A stretch of DNA of 64,000 nucleotides from Allosphingosinicella sp. (GTDB lineage Bacteria > Pseudomonadota > Alphaproteobacteria > Sphingomonadales > Sphingomonadaceae), in contig DASVVM010000017.1 of assembly GCA_036386555.1 (NCBI GenBank), positions 10,697 to 74,696 of the forward strand, given 5' to 3'. The notes under the pieces are model-generated. The model searched no databases. It was not told the origin of the DNA and was given only the letters and a program-made list of their open reading frames with translations. The translations under genes and the position numbers were made by a program. How positions within the stretch are numbered: the stretch's first letter is position 1; the number at the start of each line of letters is the position of its first letter. This document shows, one piece after another, positions 41,762-51,111 of this stretch.

Positions 41762-43198
41762 ATGCGGTTGAGCGGTCTATTGTCGGTAAGCGCCATGCTG
41801 GCCTTAGGTGCGGAGGCGGCCCAGGCCGAGAACTGGCGGGCGGTGTCGCTCAGCAGCCATGACGTGGTCTTCGTCGATGCCGACAGCGTCAGGCGCCAGT
41901 CGGACGGGCGCATCGCCTTCCGGGCCCGCCATCGGCTCGCGGAAAACGATTCGAACCGGGACTTCGGCTACAACCGGATCGACCTGGCGGTGAGGTCGCG
42001 CTGCGGGGCCGCGAGCGCCGTTCCGCCGCCGGCGAGCAGCGTCAGGAAATATTTTCTCGCCCACCGGCCGGTCGCCGCCGTCGGATGGCGGGACGAGGAG
42101 GTGGTCGAAGACGCCGCCTCGCTCGCCCAGACGGTCTGCCGCGGCCTGATCGGCTTCCGCTCCTGGGCAGACCTCGACGACGCCATGATCGAATATGGCC
42201 GGCATGACAGCCTCGAGCGGCTCGCCGCCTATGTCACCGGCGAGTCCGAGCTGACCGGGATCGTCGTCCAGGGCTTCGAGATGAACGCCGTGGCGCTCTG
42301 CGGCGAGGATGGGTGCGGGGAGGCGCCGACGCAGGAGACGTGCTGGCTCGACGGCGGAATCAACGTCCCCGCCCCGTCCGGAGCCCCGGAGTGGGTGAAC
42401 GGCGGGCCGCGCCGCGACAGCGCGGGGGCGATCTTCAGGGGTCGAATTCATCGCTCGCAGACGGGTAGGGGCTTCGGCCACCTGCGCGGCTGGGGCTGCC
42501 TGGTCGAGGTAACGGGCCCCGCCCGGTTCGTCGAGATCGTGCCGCCGCCGCGTCCGCGGGTCGCCTACGGCGCCGCCGGAGCCCGTCCCGAAGCCGTCGC
42601 CGCTCATGCCGCCTTCGCGGAGTCGATCAAGGCCGCTTCCCCCGTGAAGCTGGCGGTTGACGGCAAGCATTGGACGGTCGACGATTTCGGCACCGCGGCC
42701 GGCCCGCCCAGCGGAGGCGCCTGCTATTCCCTGCCGAGGTTCAGCGGCGATTACGTCAAGCCCTGGGGTCCGGCGCTGGGCTGGCCCGACGTCCGGGAAG
42801 TGGTGCGCCGCGGGGCCGCCGTCACCGTCGCCCAGGACCGTCACGACAGCGATCTCGATCTCTATCTCGCTCACGACGAGGCCGCGCAGGGCATCGCCGC
42901 CTTCGTCCGGCGCCTGAAGGACCTCGGGGTCTCCGCCATTGCCCAGAAAGGGCTTCGAGTGACCGTCGCCGGGCCGACCGGGTCGAAGGAGACGTTGCGG
43001 TTCGCTGACGCCGCCGAGGCCGTCCGGGCCGCCGGAATCGTGAACCGCCTGCTCGGCCGCGAGATCGCCGAGGTGAAGCAGTCGGGCAACCGGGTCACGA
43101 TCCGCCGCGTGCAGCGGCAGACGCTGACTTTTACCGACGAGGCAGGGGCTGCCGAAGCGGAGCGGCGGATTCTGGCTCTGCGGGCGGCTTGCGCCTGA
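41762..43198 (+). CDS. Secreted multi-domain hypothetical protein
   Basis: Signal peptide ..AAQA; several Cys pairs; three ~45-aa C-terminal repeats. Confidence 0.7.
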   Translation: MRLSGLLSVSAMLALGAEAAQAENWRAVSLSSHDVVFVDADSVRRQSDGRIAFRARHRLAENDSNRDFGYNRIDLAVRSRCGAASAVPPPASSVRKYFLAHRPVAAVGWRDEEVVEDAASLAQTVCRGLIGFRSWADLDDAMIEYGRHDSLERLAAYVTGESELTGIVVQGFEMNAVALCGEDGCGEAPTQETCWLDGGINVPAPSGAPEWVNGGPRRDSAGAIFRGRIHRSQTGRGFGHLRGWGCLVEVTGPARFVEIVPPPRPRVAYGAAGARPEAVAAHAAFAESIKAASPVKLAVDGKHWTVDDFGTAAGPPSGGACYSLPRFSGDYVKPWGPALGWPDVREVVRRGAAVTVAQDRHDSDLDLYLAHDEAAQGIAAFVRRLKDLGVSAIAQKGLRVTVAGPTGSKETLRFADAAEAVRAAGIVNRLLGREIAEVKQSGNRVTIRRVQRQTLTFTDEAGAAEAERRILALRAACA

Positions 43199-43226
43199 TT
43201 TGCCTCCCCCAGGCTTCGCCTGGTCC

Positions 43227-44150
43227 CTACTCGTCCGCGTAGATCGCTACCCGCCGCCCCTCCGCGGACGCCAGCCCTCGGTACATGCCCGGCGTGTTGA
43301 ACGCCCAGGCGGCGTCGCCGTCCGGAGTGACAAGGATCACTCCGCCGCTTCCGCCGAGCGAGCCGACGTCGGCGATCACCTTGTCGGCGGCGACCTCGGC
43401 GCTCTCGCCGAGCATGCGCATCCGGGCGCAGATTTCGTGAGCGACGGCCGCACGGATGAAATATTCGCCGGCGCCGGTCGCCGAGACGGCGCCGGCCCGG
43501 TCGTCGGCATAGGTTCCGGCGCCGATCAGAGGCGTGTCGCCGATCCGGCCCCAGCGCTTTCCGGTCAGCCCGCCCGTCGAGGTCGCGGCGGCGACATGGC
43601 CATGGCTGTCCACCGCCACGGCGCCGACGGTGCCATATTTCAGCTCCTCGTCGAAATAATGCGATTCGTCCGACCGCATCATCTCGAGCTGGCGCCGCCG
43701 CTCCTCGGTCGCGAACCATTCGGGGCCGACTTGCTCGAGGCCATGCTCGCGCGAGAATTGGTCCGCGCCTTCGCGGCTGAGGAAGACGTGGGGGCTGTGC
43801 TCCATGACGGCGCGGGCGAGGCTCACCGGGTTCCTGGTTCCGGTGACTCCCGTGACGGCGCCGGCGTCGCGTGAGCGGCCGTCCATCACCGCCGCGTCAA
43901 GCTCGTTGGTGCCCTGATAGGTGAAGACGGCGCCGCGCCCGGCGTTGAAATGCGGATCGTCCTCGAGGATGCAGGCGGAGCGTTCGACGGCGTCGAGGGC
44001 GCTTCCACCGCCGGCGAGGATCTCGGCCCCGGCCGCCAGCGCCCGGTCGAGCGAGGCCCGGATGTCGCGATCCTGCTCCGGGGTCGACCGCTCCCGCTCG
44101 ATCACTCCGGCGCCGCCGTGGAGGACGAGCTTCCAGGGGACTTGGCTCAT
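43227..44150 (-). CDS. iaaA: Isoaspartyl peptidase/L-asparaginase (Ntn hydrolase)
   Basis: LHGGAG, FNAGRG, GTVGAVA, TSTGG, GRIGD, TGAGE. Confidence 0.92.
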   Translation of the reverse strand: MSQVPWKLVLHGGAGVIERERSTPEQDRDIRASLDRALAAGAEILAGGGSALDAVERSACILEDDPHFNAGRGAVFTYQGTNELDAAVMDGRSRDAGAVTGVTGTRNPVSLARAVMEHSPHVFLSREGADQFSREHGLEQVGPEWFATEERRRQLEMMRSDESHYFDEELKYGTVGAVAVDSHGHVAAATSTGGLTGKRWGRIGDTPLIGAGTYADDRAGAVSATGAGEYFIRAAVAHEICARMRMLGESAEVAADKVIADVGSLGGSGGVILVTPDGDAAWAFNTPGMYRGLASAEGRRVAIYADE

Positions 44151-44228
44151 TCTTTGCTCCGTTCGGGAAGGCAACGCTCAGGAGCGGCCGCCCTATCCGC
44201 GGGGGGTGGAGGGAGCAAGGCCGGCTCA

Positions 44229-44312
44229 CCGTCATCCCCGCGAAAGCCGGGACCCCGGGACGAGAGATCTCGGCGGGTCTCCCCGAGGTCCCGGCTTTCG
44301 CCGGGATGACGG
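44229..44312. repeat. Family C REP-like element
   Basis: ccgtcatccccgcgaaagccggga...tcccggctttcgccgggatgacgg. Confidence 0.9.
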
Positions 44313-44331
44313 CGTGGCCTTTCGAATCCTC

Positions 44332-44366
44332 TTGCCAAAACCAGCATCATATAATTATGATATCAT
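44332..44366 (+). promoter_or_regulatory. Putative promoter with overlapping AT-rich palindromes
   Basis: TTGCCA-N18-TATGAT; ATCATA-TAAT-TATGAT (44346-44361) and ATGATATCAT (44357-44366). Confidence 0.55.
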
Positions 44367-44380
44367 CATTACAGGAGGGA

Positions 44381-45298
44381 ATGATGACGACCACGACCAC
44401 CGACCGCACTCCCGACCATCAGGCGCTCCGCCTCTCGCGCGAGCGGCCGGCCATCACCTTCAACGGCTTCGTCATGCTGCTCGTGCTTCTGCTGGCGATC
44501 GCGGGCAGCCTCGCCGGTCTCGGCCTGTTCGAGTCCAGCCCCGTGGCCGCTCTGGCGGTGGTCGGCACCGGCCTGCTCCTTCTCCTCTTCGTCGCGTCCG
44601 GCTTCTACCTGCTCCAGCCCAACCAGGCCGCGGCGATCCTCCTGTTCGGCGATTATCGCGGCACCGACCGGAATTCAGGCCTGCGCTGGCGCTGGCCGTG
44701 GCTGACCCGGACCAAGATCTCGACCCGCGTCCACAACGTCACGTCGGAGCGGCTGAAGGTGAACGACCTTCGCGGCAACCCGATCGAGATCGCCACCAAC
44801 GTCGTCTGGCGGGTGACCGACACCGCCCAGGCCCTGTTCGACGTCGACGATTACACCAAGTTCGTCTTCGTCCAGATCGAGAGCGCGGTCCGGGCGATCG
44901 CCGCCAAATATCCCTATGACGATATCGAGCATCAGGAGACCACGCTCCGCGGGCATGCCGAGGTGGTCAGCCGCGAGCTCAAGGAGGAATTGCAGGAGCG
45001 GGTCGGAGTCGCCGGGATCACCATCGACGAATGCCGGCTCACCCACCTCGCTTATGCCGCTGAGATCGCCCAGTCGATGCTTCGCCGCCAGCAGGCCGAA
45101 GCGGTGATCGCGGCCCGGCAAAAGATCGTCATCGGCGCCGTCTCGATGGTCGAGAACGCCCTCCAATTGCTGTCCGAGAAGAACGTGGTCGAACTGGACG
45201 ACGAGCGGCGGGCGGCGATGGTGTCGAACCTGATGGTGGTCCTTTGCTCCGAGCGCGACACCCAGCCGATCGTCAATACCGGCACGCTCTACCAATAG
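44381..45298 (+). CDS. SPFH (band 7) domain membrane protein
   Basis: Two TMs; LKVND..GNPIEIA, LAYAAEIA..MLRRQQA, AAMVSNLMVVLC. Confidence 0.92.
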   Translation: MMTTTTTDRTPDHQALRLSRERPAITFNGFVMLLVLLLAIAGSLAGLGLFESSPVAALAVVGTGLLLLLFVASGFYLLQPNQAAAILLFGDYRGTDRNSGLRWRWPWLTRTKISTRVHNVTSERLKVNDLRGNPIEIATNVVWRVTDTAQALFDVDDYTKFVFVQIESAVRAIAAKYPYDDIEHQETTLRGHAEVVSRELKEELQERVGVAGITIDECRLTHLAYAAEIAQSMLRRQQAEAVIAARQKIVIGAVSMVENALQLLSEKNVVELDDERRAAMVSNLMVVLCSERDTQPIVNTGTLYQ

Positions 45299-45308
45299 GA
45301 CGGCCCCG

Positions 45309-45515
45309 ATGCCGCCGCCCCCGAAGAAGGCGTTCCCGCTGCGAATCGAGCCGGCCCTGTGGGCCGCGCTCGAGCGCGCCGCGGCGACCGACCTGAGGAG
45401 CGTCAATTCCGAGATCGAATGCCTCCTTCGCGAGGCGCTTCAGCGGCGGGGAGTAAAGATCGCGCCGCCGGAGCCGCGGCCGCGAGGCCGCCCGCCCTTG
45501 GACGGCAAAAAGTAA
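45309..45515 (+). CDS. Arc/HicB-like ribbon-helix-helix protein
   Basis: KKAFPLRIEP..WAALERAA..DLRSVNSEIE.LLREAL. Confidence 0.85.
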   Translation: MPPPPKKAFPLRIEPALWAALERAAATDLRSVNSEIECLLREALQRRGVKIAPPEPRPRGRPPLDGKK

Positions 45516-45625
45516 ATTGGTTCGTTTCGGATGCGATTCCCGCTCCGGGACAGATTTCGTTTCGCAACGGGAGTAGTCTTCCTACCGCGCCGCATGCCGC
45601 GGCGCCCGAGCGAAGGGGCTCTGAC

Positions 45626-46453
45626 ATGGCGATCATCAACGGTACGAGCGCGAACGACTGGCTCAACGGCACCAGCGGCGCCGACTCGATCTACGGATTC
45701 GACGGCCACGATTCTTTGTACGGCAATGACGGCGACGACAGCCTCTACGGCGGACTCGGCCACGACACGCTCGTGGGCGGGCTCGGCGCCGACTATATGG
45801 AAGGCAATGAGGGCGACGACGCCTATATCGTCGACAATGCCGGCGACGTCGTCGTGGAGCTGAGCGGCGAGGGCGACTTCGACATCGTCTACTCGAGCCT
45901 CTCGACCTACACCCTCCCCGACGAGATCGAGAATCTCCAGTGGAACACCTCCGGCAGCTTCACCGCCACCGGCAATGCGCTCGACAATATCATCTGGAGC
46001 GGCGGCAGCGACGACGTCCTGAGCGGCGGCGACGGCGACGACGAGCTCCGCGCCAGCGCCGGCAACGACACTTTGAACGGCGGCGACGGGGACGACTATC
46101 TCATCGGCAGCGCCGGCGCCGACATCTATACGGGCGGTGCCGGTTCGGATCTCATCCAGATCGGCTTCTTCGAAAGCGGCAACGGCGCCGCCGCCGACCG
46201 GATCACCGACTTCGCCACCGGCGTCGACACGATCGACGTCTCGGCCTGGGATGCGAACCGCAACCTCGCCGGCAACCAGGCCTTCACCTGGGTCGGGAGT
46301 GCCGCCTTCAGCGGCACGGCGGGCGAGCTGCGCACCTATTTCGACGGAGTCAACACCTGGGTTCAGGCCGACCGCAACGGTGACATGCTCGCGGATTTCG
46401 AAATCCTCTTCGACGGCGCGGTGACCCTCGCCGGCTCGGATTTCGTTCTCTAA
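45626..46453 (+). CDS. RTX/hemolysin-type Ca-binding protein
   Basis: Multiple GGxGxDxL nonapeptides; serralysin-like C-terminus GNQAFTWVGSAAFSGTAGELR. Confidence 0.9.
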   Translation: MAIINGTSANDWLNGTSGADSIYGFDGHDSLYGNDGDDSLYGGLGHDTLVGGLGADYMEGNEGDDAYIVDNAGDVVVELSGEGDFDIVYSSLSTYTLPDEIENLQWNTSGSFTATGNALDNIIWSGGSDDVLSGGDGDDELRASAGNDTLNGGDGDDYLIGSAGADIYTGGAGSDLIQIGFFESGNGAAADRITDFATGVDTIDVSAWDANRNLAGNQAFTWVGSAAFSGTAGELRTYFDGVNTWVQADRNGDMLADFEILFDGAVTLAGSDFVL

Positions 46454-46619
46454 GCTGGAATGGCGGTCCGGCAGGGCGAGCGCTCTGCCGGACTTTCCAC
46501 AATTAATTGGTTCGTTTCCGATCTAAAGCCCTTTGACGGAAGGATTTCCTCGGCGTTCCTGCGTAACGCTCGCCTTTTCAGGCGCTGCCCCCGCGGCGTC
46601 GGCAGTAAAGGGGCTCATC

Positions 46620-48545
46620 ATGGCATACATCCAGGGCACGATCGCCAGCGAAACCCTCACCGGAACCAGCTCCGACGACGAGATTTACGGCCTTGAAGGC
46701 TACGACTTCCTCTATGGCCTCGACGGGGACGACCTGCTTGTCGGCGGCGACGGCAGCGATACGCTCGATGGCGGGACCGGCGCCGATACGATGGTCGGCG
46801 GCCATGGTAACGATACCTTCTACGTCGACGACGTCGGCGACGTGGTGGAAGAAGTCTGGCAGGGCTATCCGGACACCGACGTCGTTCATGTTTCCGTCAA
46901 TTATTACGATGTCGGAGACGCCGCAGTAGAGCAAATCTATTACGAGGGTAACGGCAACGGGACTATCGTCGGAAGCGACACCAACAATTTCATCGCTTCA
47001 GGCAGCGGCGCCGACTGGCTGTTGGGCGAAGGCGGCAACGACTGGCTTTTCGGCGACGGCGGCGACGACCTTCTCGAAGGCGGCGCGGGCAATGACGAGC
47101 TCGACGGATGGCAGGGCGCCGACACGATGGTCGGCGGCATCGGCGACGACGTCTACAACGTCGATTCCGCCGGCGACGTCCTCGTCGAATATGCGAACGA
47201 GGGCACCGACACGGTCAAGGTCAGGCGGTCCAGCTACACGCTTCCGACCGATTTCGAGAATGCCGACCTGCGTTATTATTCCGGGTCGATCTCGGTCACC
47301 GGCAATTCGGCCAACAACGTCTTCATCATGGGGACCGGCGCCCAGTCGGTGATGGGCGGCGCCGGAATCGACACCGTCTCCTACGCCTATTCCGCCGCGG
47401 CCGTCAGCGTCGACCTGCTGACCTGGACCTACGGCGGCGAGGCGGCGGACGACTACATGACCGGCATCGAGAACCTCACCGGGAGCGCCTATGATGACGT
47501 GCTTCGAGCCCTCGGGACCCAGAGCATCATCGACGGCGGCCCCGGCGCCGACACGATGGAGGGACGCAACGGCTCCGACATCTATTATGTCGACAATGCC
47601 GGCGACGTCGTCACCGAGGTTGCCGGCGGCGGCACGGACGAGGTGCGGATCCGCAACCTCGCCAGCTATACGCTGCCCGGCTATGTCGAGAAGCTGACCA
47701 ACTTCACCAACCACATGTTCACCGGGACCGGCAATTCCCAGAACAACGAAATCAACGGCGGCATCAACACCGACTATCTTCACGGCGCCGCCGGCCATGA
47801 CACACTCAACGGCGGCGACGGCGACGACGAGCTTCACGGCGGCGCCGACCACGACATCCTGAGGGGCGGCGCCGGCTCCGACCTCATGTACGGAGGCTAT
47901 GGCAACGACACCTTCTACGTCGAATATGAGGGCGACTGGGTCGTCGAGCTGATCGGCGAGGGCACCGACCACGTCTATACCTCGCTCGTCAACTACATGC
48001 TCAGCGACCATGTCGAGAATCTCACCTTCAACGGCGTCGGCGATCCGGACCTCAACTTCATCGGAAGCAACGTCGGCAACATTCTCGTCGGCAAGGGCGG
48101 GAACGACATCCTGGACGGCCTCGGCCTGTCGGACGAGCTGTACGGCGCGGCCGGCAGCGACGTCCTCCACGGCGGCTCCGGCGACGACCTGCTGATCGGC
48201 GGTCCCGGCGCGGACGTGCTCTGCGGGGGCTCCGGCGGCGATCTGTTCCGCTTCTTCGCAGGCGACGTCGGCCTCGGCGCCTCGGCCGACACCGTCACCG
48301 ATTTCGTCAACTGGGTCGACAAGAACGACCTGAGGGACATCGACGCCAACACCGGGGTCGCCGGGGACCAGGCCTTCACCTTCATCGGCACGGCCGCCTT
48401 CTCGGGTACCGCCGGCGAGCTTCGCTACACCTTCGACGGCACCGACACCCGGCTGCAGGGCGACTGGACCGGCGATGGAGTCGCCGATTTCGAGATCGTT
48501 TTCACGGGCAGCCTGACCCTGTTCGCGACCGACTTCTACCTCTAG
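46620..48545 (+). CDS. RTX/hemolysin-type Ca-binding protein (larger paralog)
   Basis: Repeated GGxGxD and Y-x-VD-x2-GD-x-V-x-E modules; C-terminus GDQAFTFIGTAAFSGTAGELR. Confidence 0.9.
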   Translation: MAYIQGTIASETLTGTSSDDEIYGLEGYDFLYGLDGDDLLVGGDGSDTLDGGTGADTMVGGHGNDTFYVDDVGDVVEEVWQGYPDTDVVHVSVNYYDVGDAAVEQIYYEGNGNGTIVGSDTNNFIASGSGADWLLGEGGNDWLFGDGGDDLLEGGAGNDELDGWQGADTMVGGIGDDVYNVDSAGDVLVEYANEGTDTVKVRRSSYTLPTDFENADLRYYSGSISVTGNSANNVFIMGTGAQSVMGGAGIDTVSYAYSAAAVSVDLLTWTYGGEAADDYMTGIENLTGSAYDDVLRALGTQSIIDGGPGADTMEGRNGSDIYYVDNAGDVVTEVAGGGTDEVRIRNLASYTLPGYVEKLTNFTNHMFTGTGNSQNNEINGGINTDYLHGAAGHDTLNGGDGDDELHGGADHDILRGGAGSDLMYGGYGNDTFYVEYEGDWVVELIGEGTDHVYTSLVNYMLSDHVENLTFNGVGDPDLNFIGSNVGNILVGKGGNDILDGLGLSDELYGAAGSDVLHGGSGDDLLIGGPGADVLCGGSGGDLFRFFAGDVGLGASADTVTDFVNWVDKNDLRDIDANTGVAGDQAFTFIGTAAFSGTAGELRYTFDGTDTRLQGDWTGDGVADFEIVFTGSLTLFATDFYL

Positions 48546-48556
48546 CGCCGGTCGAA

Positions 48557-48680
48557 TCCCCCTCCCTGCAAGGGAGGGGCTAGGGGTGGGTCCGCCGAAG
48601 GCGGCCGAAACTCCGAATCAGCGAGAAGTCTCGCTGCGCTCGCCTACCCACCCCCGGCCCCTCCCTTCCAGGGAGGGAGA
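48557..48680. repeat. Family B palindromic element
   Basis: Same sequence as the 13963 and 38405 copies. Confidence 0.9.
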
Positions 48681-48755
48681 AATTCACACCTTCGCCGAAT
48701 TACGTCCATTTCGGTGCGGCTTTCGCCGGCCCTTTCAACCGCCTATATGGAGCGG

Positions 48756-49886
48756 ATGAGCATCCGCCCGTGGCGCGATATCGCGCGTCGTCAGTCCCGC
48801 CAGATCATGGTCGGCTCCGTGCCGGTGGGCGGCGACGCGCCGGTCACCGTCCAGACCATGACCAATACGGTCACGGCCGACGTCCGGGCCACGGTCGACC
48901 AGATCCGGCGCTGCGAGGAGGCCGGGGCGGACATCGTCAGGGTCTCCTGCCCCGACGAGGATTCGACGAGGGCGCTGAGGCAGATCGTGCGGGCCGCCCG
49001 GGTGCCGATCGTCGCCGACATCCATTTCCACTACAAGCGCGCGCTCGAGGCTGCCGACGCCGGCGCCGCCTGCCTTCGGATCAATCCCGGCAACATCGGT
49101 TCCGCCGACCGGGTGCGCGAGGTGGTGAACGCGGCGAAGGCCAACGGCTGCGCGATCCGCATCGGGGTCAATGCCGGAAGCCTCGAGCGCGACCTTCTGG
49201 AAAAATATGGCGAGCCCTGCCCGGAGGCCCTGGTCGAAAGCGCTCTCGACCATATCCGGCTACTGGAGGACCACGATTTCCGCGAATATAAGGTCGCGGT
49301 CAAATCGTCGGACGTCTTCCTCGCCGTCGCCGCCTATCAGCAGCTCGCCGAAGCGGTCGACTGCCCGCTGCACCTCGGGATCACCGAAGCGGGAGGGCTG
49401 ATCGGGGGCACCGTCAAATCCTCGATCGGGATCGGCGCTTTGCTCTGGTTCGGCATCGGCGACACGATCCGGGTCTCGCTGTCGGCCGAGCCCGAGGAGG
49501 AGGTCAGGGTCGGCTTCGAGATTCTCAAGAGCCTCGGAATCCGCAACCGGGGGGTCCGGGTCGTCTCCTGCCCGAGCTGCGCCCGCCAGGGATTCGACGT
49601 CATCCGGACCGTTCAGGCTCTGGAGGGCCGGCTCGCGCATATACGGACGCCCATGTCCCTTTCCGTCCTCGGCTGCGTCGTCAACGGGCCCGGCGAGGCT
49701 CGCGAGACCGACATCGGGATCACCGGCGGCGGCAACGGCAGGCACATGGTCTATCTGTCGGGGGTCACCGACCATCACGTCCGCGACGAGGAGATGGTCG
49801 ACCACATCGTCCGGCTGGTAGAGGCCAAGGCGGCCGAGATCGAAAGGGCGATGATCGACACCCCGATACCGGATGCGGCGGAATGA
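48756..49886 (+). CDS. ispG: (E)-4-hydroxy-3-methylbut-2-enyl diphosphate synthase
   Basis: [38 protein letters not shown]. Confidence 0.97.
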   Translation: MSIRPWRDIARRQSRQIMVGSVPVGGDAPVTVQTMTNTVTADVRATVDQIRRCEEAGADIVRVSCPDEDSTRALRQIVRAARVPIVADIHFHYKRALEAADAGAACLRINPGNIGSADRVREVVNAAKANGCAIRIGVNAGSLERDLLEKYGEPCPEALVESALDHIRLLEDHDFREYKVAVKSSDVFLAVAAYQQLAEAVDCPLHLGITEAGGLIGGTVKSSIGIGALLWFGIGDTIRVSLSAEPEEEVRVGFEILKSLGIRNRGVRVVSCPSCARQGFDVIRTVQALEGRLAHIRTPMSLSVLGCVVNGPGEARETDIGITGGGNGRHMVYLSGVTDHHVRDEEMVDHIVRLVEAKAAEIERAMIDTPIPDAAE

Positions 49887-50524
49887 GCGCCCATTGTTGC
49901 CACGAGAAGGGCCACGAGCTCGAGCGGATCGCCCTGCACAAGGACATCCGCCGGGTCCTCGTCGTCGTGATGATGCTCAACCTGATGATGTTCGTGCTCG
50001 AGTTCGGGGCCGGGATCATCGCCGATTCGGCGGCTTTGATGGCGGATTCGGTGGACATGCTCGGCGACGGGCTCGTCTACGGGATCAGCCTCTACGCGCT
50101 CGAACGGAGCCTGAGGTGGCGGGCCGGAATGGCCCTGGTCAAGGCCGGGTTCATCCTCGCGCTGGGCCTGGGCGTGATCGTCGAGATCGTCCTCAAGATC
50201 ATCTGGGGCCATCCGCCCGCTTCGGGGATCATGCTGATCTTCGGCACGATGGCGCTGGTCGCAAACCTCAGCTGCGTCGGCCTGCTCTGGCCCTACCGCC
50301 GCCACGACGTGAACCTGTCGAGCACGTTCGAATGCTCGCGCAACGACGTCTTCGCCAATATCGGCGTTCTCGCGGCGGCGGTGCTGGTCTCCTTCACCCA
50401 CTCGCCCTGGCCGGACATCGCCATCGCGGCCGTCATCGCCTTCCTCTTCTTCCGCTCCTCCCTGAAGGTGACGCGCGACGCCTGGCCGCAATATCGCCAC
50501 GCCCACGTCCATCCGGCGGAGTAG
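49883..50524 (+). CDS. Short CDF-family cation transporter
   Basis: [19 protein letters not shown]; His/Cys-rich N-terminus; ATGA overlap with ispG. Confidence 0.85.
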   Translation: MSAHCCHEKGHELERIALHKDIRRVLVVVMMLNLMMFVLEFGAGIIADSAALMADSVDMLGDGLVYGISLYALERSLRWRAGMALVKAGFILALGLGVIVEIVLKIIWGHPPASGIMLIFGTMALVANLSCVGLLWPYRRHDVNLSSTFECSRNDVFANIGVLAAAVLVSFTHSPWPDIAIAAVIAFLFFRSSLKVTRDAWPQYRHAHVHPAE

Positions 50525-50577
50525 GGTGGGGGACAACCCTTAGGCCTTCCTTCACCGTCCCGCGCTAGTCTCGGGCC

Positions 50578-51069
50578 ATGCAGAAGGCTTTCGTCCTCGT
50601 CGTCGCGGCAGGCGCAGTCATCGGCCTTGCGTGGCCGTCGAGCCGCTCGGCGGAACCAGCCGCGCCGGCAATCTCTCCGCCCGCCGCCGCCGAAGCCGGC
50701 GACGACGTGCCGAAGGAGACGGTGCTCGAGCGGAGCGGCGGCGGCCATTTCTACGCCGACGTGGAAGTGAACGGGGAGCTCGTCCGTTTCCTCGTCGACA
50801 CCGGAGCCACCGGGGTCGCGCTGACCGAGCGCGACGCGGAGCGGGTCGGGCTCAGTTTCGACCGCGGGCAATACGAGCCGGTTGGAATGGGTGCCGGAGG
50901 CCCGATTCGAGGCAAGTTCGTGATCCTCGACGAGGTGAGCCTCGACGGCAAGGCAGCGCACAAGGTCGAGGGCGCGATACTGGAGGGAAGCGAGATTTCG
51001 CTCCTCGGCCAGAATTATCTCGGCCGCTATTCGATCGAAATGCGCGGCGATACGATGCGCATCTATTAG
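50578..51069 (+). CDS. Clan AA (retropepsin-like, TIGR02281) aspartic protease
   Basis: GHFY, FLVDTGAT, SLLG. Confidence 0.9.
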   Translation: MQKAFVLVVAAGAVIGLAWPSSRSAEPAAPAISPPAAAEAGDDVPKETVLERSGGGHFYADVEVNGELVRFLVDTGATGVALTERDAERVGLSFDRGQYEPVGMGAGGPIRGKFVILDEVSLDGKAAHKVEGAILEGSEISLLGQNYLGRYSIEMRGDTMRIY

Positions 51070-51111
51070 GCGGGCGTGACGGCGGCTGCGGCCGCCGCTA
51101 TCGGACGCGCC

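Noticed and set aside
45309-45515. Toxin-antitoxin system
   Set aside because: No adjacent toxin gene; the neighbour is an SPFH protein
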